From Octopus vulgaris (taxonomy: Eukaryota): DNA of 64,000 nucleotides. Below the pieces are notes generated by a model. It made no database searches and was not told the DNA's origin. It was given only the letters and a program-made list of their open reading frames with translations. The translations under genes were made by a program, and so were the position numbers. Positions 44,492 to 57,894 of this stretch are shown one piece after another. Location: the NCBI GenBank assembly GCA_951406725.2, contig OX597818.1, forward strand, positions 63,798,001 through 63,862,000, read 5' to 3'. Numbering within the stretch: position 1 is the first letter of the stretch; the number at the start of each line of letters is the position of its first letter.

Positions 44492-45810
44492 GCATATACA
44501 CGCATAACTATATAAATAAATATTTATAAATATATATATGTATACACATACACATATATATATACATACTACATATAAACATGTATATATATATATATAT
44601 ATATTTATATACATGTGTACATTTATGACTAATAATATTTGACGTTTCAGCCCTATCTTCAATTAAGCTTAGATTTGTAAGGACAGCCATTTTATATTGA
44701 ATTCCCGAAATATAGTAAATCTTGTTTAAGAAATATAGTAAGAATATAATAAATGCCAAAAGACATTGATAAATTGGATGTTTGAACCTTGCTTGTAATT
44801 GCGGTCATTTAATCGCTATTTGTGGCTATCTTTATAATCAATTGGATAGAGAATTCCGTTACTATAATCACATAATTAAATGATTCTGAGTCACTTTAGA
44901 ATTTCAATTCGGGGATTATAGCACTGGATACCAAGCACATAACAAATATCTTGCTTTTTTATGATTAGTTCCTTGTAGTACATTTACTTTATCTATAATT
45001 CATATTTATATATATCAATAATTCGACTCTTAATATGTCGAAGTTATATCGTTATTGAAAGAATTTAAAGCCCTGTAGAAAATAACATGCGTAGCATCAA
45101 ATTATTGTCTGAGAGAACATATATTATAAATCCTTTAAACCATGTGTTTGTGTTATGAAGTTAACGATAATCAATATATTAAATCTCAGATCGTATACAC
45201 TTCATAATTTTCTAGCACTCCGGACACAATATTTTATTATTTTTCGGTTTTCTTGACATAATTTCTGACAGCGAAGCAATTATATTATACATCCTTAATA
45301 TTTTCAATCTAGATAATATCGATGCATTTTAATAAATTATAGAAATTTTCTTTTAAGTAAAATCTCCAAGTAGAGTAATATTAATATCGATAAAGGAATA
45401 AAGAGAAATGGTAACAGACCAAATGGAACCAAACAAAACTTCAAACATACAATTTTTAAAATTCTAAATTCAAATGATTTGTACAAGTACAGCTGTCATT
45501 ATAGAATGTATATCGCCAGGTAGATTATCATAAGACACTTTGCTTCTAGTTTAGTGTTTAAGCAAGTAGAGAAACCTAGCATTACTAGTAATGAAATACA
45601 GAGCAAAGGTTGTATAAATTACAATAAACTCAAGATTATAGCCTTAGTTCTTACGTGCGTTACTGCATCGTTACCTTCCATTCCATGTTCCGAGTGCACG
45701 CGGATGCTTAACCTGCATTTCGTCTATCCAATGCAGGAATCACTGAAATCTTAATTGTGAAAAGCACGTAGTCACTAATGCAATAATTTAGTTCTAGCAG
45801 GAACAAATTT

Positions 45811-45898
<88 letters not shown>

Positions 45899-45929
45899 CA
45901 TACAATTGGAACTTACAAGGTACTGGAAT

Positions 45930-46175
45930 CTTATATGTATTCCATTCTGTCTAAATAATGGAAGTGAAGATACAATATCCCTGCATACCTCACGTCTATT
46001 TTCATTCCCCCATTTCACTCTCTATTTCATATCTTATCTAGAATAACTATTTCTTAACCATTTTCTCACAGAGTCTCAGATGAAGTGATATATAAAATAT
46101 CCCGGCTTTAAGACCTTCTATTTATAAATGTTCTGAAATCTTTCACAGCCTTGGACTTTTTTCTCATTTATACAG
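45930..46175 (+). mobile_element. PLE pLTR-like remnant between (TA)n tracts
   Basis: GTCT-CAGATGA-A-GTGATAT..ATATCCC..TAAGAC at 46072-46113, a decayed version of the 39963 motif. Confidence 0.45.
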
Positions 46176-46215
46176 TTATATATATGTATATGTATATGTG
46201 TATGTATATATATAT

Positions 46216-46281
<66 letters not shown>

Positions 46282-46284
<3 letters not shown>

Positions 46285-46445
46285 TAGTTGAATAAATTAT
46301 CCTAGTATGGATTATTCGGTTAACCGATACCTGGGTAGCAAATTCACGTCAGAAAAACATGGTTGAAGCTACATGCCAAGGGCAGAGATCATGTGCTTTC
46401 GTGTGGAAATTTGTGTTTTTTTTTAATACAAATAAATGAAAAATA
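46282..46445. repeat. Second copy of the (TA)n-embedded element at 31692
   Basis: Shared TAAGTAG.TGAAT.AATTATCCTA and CCTGGGTAGCAAATTCACGTCAGAAAA. Confidence 0.75.
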
Positions 46446-46469
46446 TATATATATGTGTGTGTGTGTTTG

Positions 46470-46860
46470 TGTATGTGAGTGGATTTGCTTGACGGAAAAC
46501 GAAAAGTCGTAGTGTATATACACAAGTGAATGAACAACAAGCAGGTGTATTATTTTGACGCTCGGGAAAGTGGTAAAGTCTTTTACGTTTGGACCATACG
46601 CTCATCAACAGACAGGAATAAGAGAAAAGAAAAGCAGAGAGGGGATGAAAAATATTGTGTCTGCGTTTGTCCCCTACCGCCACTTGTCAACAAGTGTCTG
46701 TGTGCTAGCAGACACGTATTCTAACGGTTCAACAAAAGGTAAGAGATGGAATAATTATCAGGCTTTAAAAATTGCTGTATCCACCGATTCTGTCAACTAA
46801 AATTCTTCAAAACATTGCCCCAACACATCTGCAGTGTAAATGACTGAAGCAAGTAAAATT
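46470..46860 (+). mobile_element. Degenerate SINE A
   Basis: GTGAGTGGATTTGCTTGACGGAAA...CTTGTCAAC...ATGACTGAAGCAAGTAAAA. Confidence 0.6.
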
Positions 46861-47155
46861 ATGTATTTCCGTGTGTGCATCTTCACATGCGTATGTTTTC
46901 GGAGATGCATGTTAATAACACTGTTTACATACCGGAGCGTGACGCACATTGCCACAGCATCCATATGAAGGCCAGACTGATTCCAACTAGGTGTGTTATT
47001 ACAACAAAAATGTACCATTCACAATTCGCTACATACTGAGCTGTTCAGTGAAATCTAGGTACATATCTATAATGTAAATCTCTTTGACAAACCCGTAGAA
47101 GAGCTAAATGCATCAAGCATTCATAAGAGACGCTGCTAAGATGAACTTAGTCACG

Positions 47156-47192
<37 letters not shown>

Positions 47193-47438
47193 CAACCATC
47201 GGAGAATGAAGCGCTCCTCGCGAGAAGGGGTCAATGAAATGGTTGTGATTTGAAAACAGTTTTGAGTAGGAACCGGAAAGAGAAGTATGAACACGATATG
47301 TGCATGTGCACAACACAATCTCGCTTTATTTGATTATGCATATATATTTACCATATTACTATGTCCGCTTCTTAATTTTCCGCCGCTGATGCAGAGAAAA
47401 TTTAATTGATGAGGAGAAGCGAAAGAACTGTATGTATT

Positions 47439-47843
47439 CGTTTCTACTCTAGGCACAAGGCCCGAAATTTGGGCGGAGAGGGCGAGTCGATTATATCGAC
47501 CCCAGTAGGCAACTGGTACTTGATTTACCGTCCCCTAAAGGATGAAAGGCAAAGTCGACCTCGGTATAATTCGAACTCAGAACGTAACGGCAGACGAAAT
47601 ACCTATTTCTTTACTACCCACAAGGGGCTAAACACAGAGAGAGGACAACCAAGGACAGACAAATAGATTAAGTGGATTACATCGACCTCAGTGCGTAACT
47701 GGTACTTAATTTATCGACCCCGAAAGGATGAAAGACAAAGGCGAGGCGACCTCGGCAGGATTTGAACTCAGAACGTAACGGCAGACGAAATGCTGCTAAG
47801 CATTTCACCTGGCGAGCTAACGTTACTGCCAGCTCGCTGCCTT
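47439..47843 (-). mobile_element. SINE B dimer
   Basis: Same two-unit structure as 32639; TSD GAAAGAACTGT(A/T)T(G/A)TATT at 47421-47438 and 47844-47861. Confidence 0.9.
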
Positions 47844-47974
47844 GAAAGAACTGTTTATATTGGCAAAGGAGCTGTCTATATAATTACAGTGCCACCTGAG
47901 AGAAATGTCACAGTGCCGTCAGAAAATAACTCCAAAATTAAATGCTATACACCAAGAAGACAATCCTATTCATA

Positions 47975-48013
<39 letters not shown>

Positions 48014-48015
<2 letters not shown>

Positions 48016-48206
48016 CGGGAAGCTTTATGAAAATAGGTGGAAAACAAACGAACAATTGTATTAGTATGGCGCTCAGGAAATATAAATAAAACAAGTCTTT
48101 AACGTTTCGAGCCTACGCTCTTCAACAGAAAGATACACAGAGAGAGAAAAACACAGAAAGAAGGAGAAAAAAATGCGTGCAGTAGCTAACGAATCAACAT
48201 GGCGAT
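48014..48206 (-). mobile_element. Short HHR-like element between (TA)n tracts
   Basis: Minus strand 48097-48132 reads CTTT-CTGTTGA-A-GAGC-GTAG-GCTC-GAAAC-GTT-AAAG. Confidence 0.6.
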
Positions 48207-48277
48207 ATATATATATATATATTATTAGTGAATTGAAGAAATGGAGTTGAACGAAGATTGAACAGAAATCGTTTTAT

Positions 48278-48365
48278 TTCATTCTACACGTGTTTCGAAC
48301 GGCACAATTTACCAAATTCCGATTGAATAATGAGACCATATTGTGTCTTTCTCTTCAGGAAGAAA
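48278..48365 (-). ncRNA. Candidate type-I hammerhead ribozyme in the PLE pLTR
   Basis: TTC-CTGAAGA-GAAAGACACAAT...ATTGTGCCGTTC-GAAAC-ACGT-GTA-GAA; palindromic stem III ACACGTGT. Confidence 0.7.
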
Positions 48366-49029
48366 TAGGAAATCCGTTGGAAAAAACAAAACAGAACAGA
48401 GGCGGAGCAAAACAAATTGAACTATAAGAGCCCATGGCCAAACTGTTTATCAGTGTATGTTGAAAACGGGTGGTGGGTGCGTTGAAGATTTTAACGGTCA
48501 GGCAGCGGTCATTCCGGTGGGTGAGGGCTCGGGGTGTGTAGATGTTCTTTGTGACCGAGAGTAAAGTTCTGACAATTTAAAGAATATTAGATGTATTATA
48601 TGGGGCGGGGCAAAATCTACTTAGAGACATGTGTGTGTTTACTGTTCTATATATGTGTGCGGGCGCAAGTTGGTAAGAAGCGCTACATTCTGGTCACTGC
48701 TGAGAAATCCGTCAAGGGGTAGAAAACATTTTATGTGTACGTGTGTGCGTTTGATCGCGCGGCTGTCAGTTGGTAAACAGCTCTACACAATGGTCACTGC
48801 TGTAAAATCCGTCGGGCGGCAGAAAAATATTTTATGTGTGCGTGTGTTCATCTAATCATGCCTTGTCAAAGAAACTCCCCGTCGTCAAAAACGAAGCCCC
48901 ATTCATCTCACAGGAGTAATTCCCTTGCAATGGTTAATCATATTTCTCTTAAAGGCTTTTTCAGAATTTATTACCAAGCGCTATTTTCATATAAGTAGTG
49001 TAACCGGGTGCAGGTATTATTTATAAGCG

Positions 49030-49671
49030 TTATTTATAAGCAAGATAAGTATAACGCCGCCAATGGGGGCATCGAAAAGCCGACCGTAAAAGTCGTTAAC
49101 CATCCGGTCTCTGGCGAACAATATGGAAGAGTTCGGAGACACAAAGGTTGCACTTCCTTCTGCCCCAATCAAATGGGAGGGCCACCGACAAAATTGACCA
49201 TTCCAGCCTGTAGCTTGAGTTCGTATTCTTCAATCGCCATATTAGCTTGCTAAGTCCCGTGGTCTGGCGTTTATTCATGTCTCGAAAAGTTGCGTAATGG
49301 TTGGAGATTCGTAAAGCCAATCTTGACGATGAGGCCCCGACATAAGCGTAGACATCTGAGTCCATGTAAACCTTGCATTGGTAGACGGCGTTTCTGATCT
49401 TGGAGTTCTCCGACGTGAATCTTATTCTGCTAGGATTAGCTTCTGAAATTAGAACTGCGTTACTGTCACTATATTTGTTGCGAGAACTGCAGCCGCTTGC
49501 TACTTTATTTTCCACTACGTCACTATTAACTAACGGAATAACCCCTGATTCTCCACTATCTATCAGAGTGCTGTCATTGCTAGTGCCCGTGGTGCTGCTA
49601 TTGCCGGAAACGATGTTGGGGTTGCTATTGCTACCAAGGTATCGGTTAAACTTTTGATTAATCTGCAACAA
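49030..49671 (-). pseudogene. PLE linker + GIY-YIG endonuclease (C-terminus frameshifted)
   Basis: NAVYQCKV...AYVGAS..RLALRISNH...LSKLIWRLK...WSIL...KCNLCVSELFHI, then RCPHWRRYTYLAYK* after frameshifting. Confidence 0.85.
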
Positions 49672-49697
49672 GATTATTCATCTTTCTATTTTCATTA

Positions 49698-50062
<365 letters not shown>

Positions 50063-50984
50063 ATATATATATATATATATATATAAAGAAACAAGGGCAT
50101 TTATTAAAGATTCACAGAAAATGACATTGGGCTTTCCTGTGATCTCCGAAAGCTACTTTGTCAATAAATATATAACAGTTAATATTTCTATAAAACAGTT
50201 TATTTGCTTGTTTGTATGTCACAATATTTACATCCTTGTTAATGCATATACGTTACTATTAGTATCGTGACAAGATATTGAGATCCTAACAATCACTAAC
50301 TACTGTTCCCGTAGTTTCTTCCTTTTGAAGTGATCGACTTCGGTTTCCCATAATTCTCTGAATATAGAAGACGAAATTTCACAGAATCCCAGATGCAGAG
50401 CCTGTGTGTATTTTTGTGAGACTCGAGGTGGAATAATTTCAAACACTACAAGCAACGAAAGGATAGCGTCATATCTTTTATTATCAGGCTTAGTGTCACA
50501 ATTGACACATTCACTCAAAAATCATGCAATATTCTCAGTTCTTTGCACCTCCATAAACACTTATTTATTATGGTTGCAGCAGTTATTAATTATATTTCAA
50601 CTAAAGTTCATCTGGTGTTGTCCGTTTGCCGTTCCACACACACCGAGGAAATTTGTCTTAAACTGAAAAGTTTCAGAGTTCAACTGTAAAATCTGCAGTT
50701 GTTGTATTTGTCGGTATTCCCAACGCCACCTCATTAAATCTAGTGTACGTGAAACAGCGAAACTTGAACTTGAATAGCAAAAACTAATGACTGGTCTATG
50801 AAAAGATTTTCTCTCAGCCTGTCAAGTGTTTATATAGAAGTTAAGTATGCAATAGTGATGGCCTAATAATTGAATGTTGCTTCGTGTGGAAATACCAAAT
50901 TGTGTGGGTGTTTTGGTATAAGAGTATCTATGTCTGTGCGCCTGTGTATTTCAAGAAATGAAGAAACAGAGGTATGTATATGCA

Positions 50985-51014
50985 CGTCTGTCTGTATGTC
51001 TGTCTGTCTATCTG

Positions 51015-51056
<42 letters not shown>

Positions 51057-51067
51057 CATCCATCCAT

Positions 51068-51100
<33 letters not shown>

Positions 51101-51230
51101 AATCTATCTATCTATCTATCTATCTATCCATCCATCTATCTATCTATCAATATATCTAGCTATCTAGCTATCAATCTATCTATCTATCTATCTATGTATC
51201 TGACTATCTATCTATCTATCTATCTATCAA
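50985..51230. repeat. (TCTG)n/(TCTA)n tetranucleotide repeat
   Basis: Directly visible. Confidence 0.95.
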
Positions 51231-51248
51231 TCTCTGTGTGTCTATATA

Positions 51249-51305
<57 letters not shown>

Positions 51306-52084
51306 TATATTTATATGTATGGATATATCTGGCGACTAATTGGCTCGTCTGGATCCGTATACAGTAGAGTTAAACAAATAACAGAGGTATTCAGTTTAGT
51401 TTGTATTTACAATGAAAATATTCCAGTTTTTCAGTAAACATATTTAGAGACAGAGTCAATTTCCAGGCATTAGAGAATATTGAATTGTTCCGAACAATTG
51501 TGGTAAGATTTTTTTGCTTCTTACAAGGACACTTAATACGTTTTTAATAACATGTCTTTGTCCACCGGCAATATTTGCATTGAACTAAGTTTATAAACTC
51601 TGTTCGCATTTCTGTAGATATTTCCGCGGGTTCGATTATTATTTGCGGTCGAAATGAAAAAAAAAAAATGCCATTTTAAATTCCCTCACTCGGTGATCAA
51701 CTCCAATATAATTAATAAATATGAACTCCAATATAGATGATAATTGTTGTTATTTAATGAAAACTTCATTGAGAGAATTTATTTGAACGTATGCAATCCT
51801 GTAGCCTAGAGCCAAACGATTTAGCGAAAAAGAAACGTATGTTATATTTCTATGGATGTATGTTATTAAATTTTATTATGTTCAAAGTTTTATAATTTTG
51901 CTAAATCGAACGCATAATTAGCTATTATTTCCCTATAACCGTTTTCTGAAATACGCGTATTCAAATAATAATTATAATCCTGCGTATCCCGAAATAATTT
52001 TCCATATAAAGATTAAGATTTATTAGGTTAAATTATTCTTTATATTCACACCAATCCCGAATAATGCTTGTTTCTGCCTTGATG

Positions 52085-52527
52085 TGTGCTTATCAAGCAC
52101 ATGGTGACAAGTTCAGTCCAACTGCGCAGCAGCTTGGAAATGTGTCTTCTATTATAGTCTTGAGTCCACCAAACGGCTCTGACAGCATTTGTTTGACGGA
52201 AACTGAAAAAGGCCTATAGTGTGTATATATATATATATATTTATATATATATGTATATATGCGAGTGTCTGTGTCTTTGTACATGAGTGTGTGTGTATAT
52301 ATGTGTGTATCTTTCTCTCAGTACTTGTTCCCTACCATTGCTTGACAACAGGTTTTGGCATGTTTAAATTCCTACAATTAACGGTTCGTCAAAAGTGACT
52401 GATTAATTAAGTACTGTGCTTAGAAAAATAATAAGTTATGGGGTCAATTTGTTCCACTAAAACCGTTCATGGTGTTGCTCCAGCATGGTCGCAGTCAAGT
52501 GACTAAAAGAAGTAAATGTTAAAAGAG
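52085..52527 (+). mobile_element. Degenerate near-full-length SINE A
   Basis: CACATGG...GTTCAGTCC...GACGGAAACTGAAA...GCTCCAGCATGGTCGCAGTCAA. Confidence 0.8.
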
Positions 52528-52544
52528 GATTGTTGAACAGTAGT

Positions 52545-52995
52545 TACAGTAATCACTCGCCATATATCGGTTTACGTACCGCGCCCCCACTACTTCGCGG
52601 ATTTCTCTGGCTAGTATATGTATATCGCGGGTTTCTGTGGCCGATAGGTATTTATATTGTTTTAGATTTTATTCATTTCTGTGGTAAAATACGCATTTTT
52701 AGGTAAAAAATTAAGTCAATAAATAGAAATTCAGAACACAACCGCACTGTATAACACGTTAATTAAAATATATTAAAATATAATACGTAGTGTACAGTAG
52801 ATGAGTAAACAAAGATCCGCACATACTGTATGGAAACGAAGCTCTGAAGGCGAGTGTGTTGTGCTAAAATAAATATATACAAATTACAAAAGTGATAAAA
52901 AAATATACTGTACAGTACTGTCTCTACTTCGCGGATTTTCGAATATTGCTGCGTGTTTTGGAACATACACCCGCGATAATCAAGGGATTGCGGTA
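52545..52995. mobile_element. pogo/Tigger-like MITE
   Basis: TA-CAGTAATCACTCG and CAAGGGATTGCGG-TA degenerate TIRs; internal segment recurs at about 57740-57820. Confidence 0.6.
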
Positions 52996-53050
52996 CCTAT
53001 TTCCAAGCACGAAGAAACCATTATATATTATATAAATTCGGACATATAAC

Positions 53051-53087
<37 letters not shown>

Positions 53088-53577
53088 GTTGATGAATTCA
53101 ATTTTTAACAGTCATATACCGGATTGTTATCATGATTTTCATTTCAATTGCCATCGAGGCCAACCATTCCATGGATCATTTCATGATCAATAAAATAGAA
53201 AATGAAGACGCCATTACTCGACGCAGGAAAAGCAGTTGTTTAAGTGTGTCACATTCACTATATTTCTATCGTAGCATCATAGTATAATAACACCCAGTTC
53301 CATAATCAACTGTGGAGACCGACAAAGGATGAAATGACTCAATTTTATTACAACATTGCATTGGTCTAAAACTGTGTTATACTTCGAATAATCGACTTAC
53401 ACATGCAGACATTCCACACGGGAAAAAAAATCACACCGTATCTTTTACTCGTACATAGGCAAACGAAATCCCGGACAATAATGATACGTTACATATTTAT
53501 TTATCTAATTTTGAGCCGTCTTTTGAGAGAATTCTTTCTCAAAATCAGTTGCATCCTCCTCACTTAAAACATTACAA

Positions 53578-53698
53578 TTTATATTGTTTACATTCGACGG
53601 ATATTTCTCCTCGTCTTTTTTGTTGTTAACACAATGTTTCAGGTGTCCTGGGGAAATTTCGAGCCTGGGTTCTCATTCCTAAGGTATCTTTCGATGTT
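53578..53698 (-). mobile_element. HHR-bearing element, copy 2 (stem II deleted)
   Basis: Homologous to 17312-17483; reads GACAC-CTG/AAACATT-GTGTT on the minus strand. Confidence 0.75.
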
Positions 53699-53720
53699 AT
53701 TACTATTATTATTATTATTA

Positions 53721-54152
53721 TTCAGTAGTTTTATTTTTATAGCGTGCTTTCACTTCACTACCGAGCGCAGCTCTGTGTGCCTTGGGTATGTGCTGTGATT
53801 TGTTGTGATGCTCTAATGGTTATTGTATGGAATGTGTTCTGCGTTAGGATGTGTGCAGTGCCTAGTAGTGCAATTTTCTGTATGTTATATGTGTTTGTAA
53901 GTCCTGGTGTTTCTGTTATGTATTTGTCTGAATATTTTTTATCATGCCTAATGAACCTACTATGATAGGAATTGTTTCTGTTTTCAGATTCCACATTCTA
54001 GTTACCTCTATTTCCAGGTCTTTGTATTTTGAGAGTTTCTCCATTTCTTTTAGAGACACGTTGTCATCTGCCGGTATTGATACATCAATTAGAAAGCATT
54101 TTTTTTCTTCGTGATCTCTGACAACTATATCTGGTCTGTTGGCCTTAATTTC
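53721..54152 (-). mobile_element. R4/Dong-clade 3' fragment, same family as 17505
   Basis: EIKANRPDIVVRDHEEKKCFLIDVSIPADDNVSLKEMEKLSKYKDLEIE..IPIIVGSLG, IQKIALLGTAHIL; (TAA)n on both sides. Confidence 0.9.
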
Positions 54153-54192
<40 letters not shown>

Positions 54193-54197
54193 GTTGT

Positions 54198-54237
<40 letters not shown>

Positions 54238-54268
54238 TGTAGTATCATTATTCTGTTCACTGCCTCGA

Positions 54269-54445
54269 ATCGAAAAATACCTCAGGAATGAGAACCAAAG
54301 TTCGAAATTTTCCCCAAGACACCTGATGAAGACTGGGGTGTATATCAGCCGAAACGCTGTGTTAACAACAAACAAGATGAGGACAACTATCCGTCGAATA
54401 TAAATAAGGTAAATAATGTACATAATTCCTCCTCTCTTAAATATT
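54269..54445 (+). mobile_element. HHR-bearing element, copy 3 (inverted relative to copy 2)
   Basis: 54318-54363 reads GACAC-CTGATGA-A-GACTG..CAGCC-GAAAC-GCT-GTGTT. Confidence 0.75.
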
Positions 54446-54469
54446 ATTATTGTATTATGTTACCTATAT

Positions 54470-54827
54470 GAGGAGGCGCAAGGCCCAGTGGTTGGAGCAG
54501 TGAACACGCGGTCGCGGGACCGCAGTTTCGATTCCCAGATTGGACATTGTGAATGTTTATTTAGTGAAAACACTTAAAGCTTCACAAGGTTCCGGTACAC
54601 ACACACTATCCTTTTTACCACAACTTTTTCTCGGTATTTCTTCCTGTTTCCGTTGTAAATGTATTTCATAGGGTCAGCGTTGTCACACACTGAGTCACGC
54701 TGAATGTCCCCGGGAACTAAATTAAGTGGTACCCGTGTATGTGGTGTGCTCAGCCACTCGCACGTTAATTTCACGAGCAGGTTGTTCCGTTGATCGGAAC
54801 CCTCGTCGTAACTGACGGAGTGCCACG
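54470..54827 (+). mobile_element. SINE, head C + tail X
   Basis: Head as at 16209; TSD GTTACCTATAT at 54459-54469 and 54828-54838. Confidence 0.85.
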
Positions 54828-54831
54828 GTTA

Positions 54832-54864
<33 letters not shown>

Positions 54865-56732
54865 TATGTTCATAAAACAATGTTATCTTATTGTTACTAT
54901 GACAACAATTTATTTTTATTCATACTAATGAGATATATTCAATTTTGTTGGGATTTGTATTGAGTGTTGAGCAAAATATATTCTCCTTGCCCAGTGTGAC
55001 GTAAGCTACAAAAGTTTGGCAGACAATTCCCTACACAAATAACTCGTAATCTGTCTGTTTCTCTCTCTTTTTGTCACTATCTTCCTCTCTCTCTCTCTCC
55101 CCATCTCTCTCCCTCTAATGTTCCATTAAAGTACAATTATTTTTCTCGTTATAGTTGTGCTTTAACATACTGTAGTTCTAGAAACGGTTCAATAACGTTA
55201 TACTTATCTAGCAATATTTCGCTCTGAATCTGTGTTCTCTTTGTTCATAAGGCCTAGTGTCCATATCTACACAATTTTTCGTTTCTCGATTTTATCATGG
55301 TTAGGTCAACTAAAATCCACCATGGATACTAAAGTATGAAAATATAAATTATTGTTGATTATGATGACATTGAGTGTAATGTATAGAAAAGAGAAATGTA
55401 ATAAAACACTCGTAATTTTCTACATATGAAACAATGTTTCCTATTTAGCTTACAAATTTATTTAAGTACTGTTTTACAGGGATTGGAAGATATGCTATTT
55501 CACAAAATGAAATTGAAATGATATGTAACGTCAGTTTGAAAAACAAGAGTCAAATATAGTTTCTGAATAACAATTTCTGATATGCAAAGCAATAATAAAA
55601 GGGAAGATGCTATATTCGATATTAGAATTTATGCGGTATCACAGGATAAGGTTTAATCGTTATAAACAGAGAAAAAAAAAGACAGTTTTGAAAATAATAA
55701 TAATGATGATAATAATAATAATAATAATAATTCAGATAAAACACATTTGGGGGAAATTGCAATAAAACCGATATTAAAGAGGCATAAAAAGAACACATAT
55801 TAAATTTTCCCAAAGCTAGAAATCACATTTACATTTATGAGTTTAGGAAATAACCATAGGAATCTGTATCTTGTTTTCCTCGTTTTCTCTTTCGAAAACC
55901 TTTTAATGTAAAAATCTCGATTGCAGTTTAAAGGAAATGAGAAAAAAATTATTTTTACCTAAGGGAAGAGTGTTTAACTACAATAAAACACACGAGACAA
56001 ATATTAAAAACATATATGAAGAAATATTTCGTAATAAATATATCATAAGTCATATATCATAAGATGCCCATAAAATATAATAAAATATGAGATATAGTTG
56101 AAAAGATTCTACCAAAACCAAAACAAAACTGGATGGGCAATTCGATTAAAATATTTGCAAAATGTTGCTTTGAATTTTTTTTTTATAGGTCAGCATAAAG
56201 TAAATCCTGCCAAAGAGTGAACATCTAAGTTGTAAAACCAGATAGAAATATCAATCCTCATTATTTGAACAAGCCACCTAACTTATTTAAAAAAAAGAAC
56301 ATTATAGTAGGTGTTAGATAGTTTAAACGTACAGCGGATAATGTCAGAATTTTAAAGTCTACTGGTGAGCAAAATATCGGTTTGAAATAAGCATAAACCT
56401 GTATAATTTTATATCTACAGAAAGGTTATTCAATTCATGGATGTACATCACTGGTATAAGGTGACTGGCACTTAGTATTTTGGCAGCATGTGTTAGGCTT
56501 AATTTTCTTAATACGGGAAGACTTAATTTTCTTTGCTAAAAGCGTGAATTAGTTACGATTCGTTGCACTAAAGTGCTAGATGTTTTGATTTGTAAAGCAT
56601 ACGTCATCAGTCATTTAAATTTGAATCTGCATTGATATTCTTAGCTTAAGAATGAAGACGATTTGCTCATTTTCTGTTACTTTTTTTTACATACATATAC
56701 AATTTATGCGCATACTTGATATATGTGGATGT

Positions 56733-56966
56733 TAAGGCGGTGAGCTGGCAGAAACGTCAGCACGCCGGGCGAAATGCGTAGCCGTATTTCGTCTGCCGTT
56801 ACGTTCTGAGTTCAAATTCCGCCGAGGTCGACTTTGCCTTTCATCCTTTCGTGGTCGATAAATTAAGTACTAGTTACGCACTGGGGTCGATGTAAATGAC
56901 TTAATCCGTGTGTCTGTCCTTGTTTGTCCTCTCTGTGTTTAGCCTCTTGTGGGTAGTAAAGAAATA
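56733..56966 (+). mobile_element. SINE B monomer
   Basis: TSD GATATATGTGGATGT at 56718-56732 and 56967-56981; close match to the 10474 copy. Confidence 0.93.
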
Positions 56967-57519
56967 GATATATGTGGATGTGGGTGTGTTGGTGTATATA
57001 TGTAAATACCTATCTGTGTATGTGTGTGTGCGTATGTTTGTGCATCTGTGTGTGTGAATGTGCATGTTTTATGTAAAGAAATATTTGCATATATATGCTA
57101 AATGAATGTCTCGCCAAAACTTGGTGAAAATAAATGTCTGTAAAAGCATAATGAAATCAATATGATTATTTTATCCAGGTGATAAATATTCCTTCTATCT
57201 ATAGTAAATGATGATAGGGTTATGTAAAGGATAATAACTATAAAATCCTAGTCGCTCTGGCATTCTTCAGAGACAACAGTTTAATGAGACAGTAACAAAT
57301 TATAAATCATTCCAGGGTATCTTCACTCTTGTTTCTTGAGGGACGGCAATGTGCATGCAAGCATATATATATGGACAATACGAAACAATGAATAGAAATA
57401 CTGCTCTTGCATATACAGGTTTCCCAGCCGAAGACATGCGAACACGCACATGAATATAGATAGACAGACATACAGAGAAACAGACACTATGGTGCATACA
57501 TAGATAGACAGGTAAGCAA

Positions 57520-57589
57520 ACGGATAGATAGAGAGATATATAGATAGATGAATGGAAAGATAGATAGTTTGATAGATGTATAGATGGGC

Positions 57590-57665
<76 letters not shown>
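57520..57665. repeat. (GATA)n repeat
   Basis: Directly visible. Confidence 0.95.
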
Positions 57666-57676
<11 letters not shown>

Positions 57677-57851
57677 TTAGAAGATGGCTAGATCCACTGA
57701 TCGATCGATAGACAGATGGATAGATTAATAGATTAATATCGCCCACTCCTCAGAGTATCGCGGGTTTCTGCGGCCGATAGGTGTTTATATATTTTTAGGT
57801 TTTAATAATTTGTGTAGGAAGTTTTATATATACAGAAAGAGAGAGAGAGAG

Positions 57852-57894
<43 letters not shown>

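Noticed and set aside
44638-44668. Minus-strand TTGAAGA-TAGGGCT-GAAACGTC
   Set aside because: Resembles a minimal HHR, but C3 is missing, the stems are weak and there is no second copy
47190-47249. 10-bp inverted repeat TCACAACCAT/ATGGTTGTGA beside (TA)n
   Set aside because: Short, single and without a recognisable core; could be chance
50300-50666. SNERIASYLL peptide faintly like hAT/Buster transposases
   Set aside because: A single weak motif with no TIRs or further support
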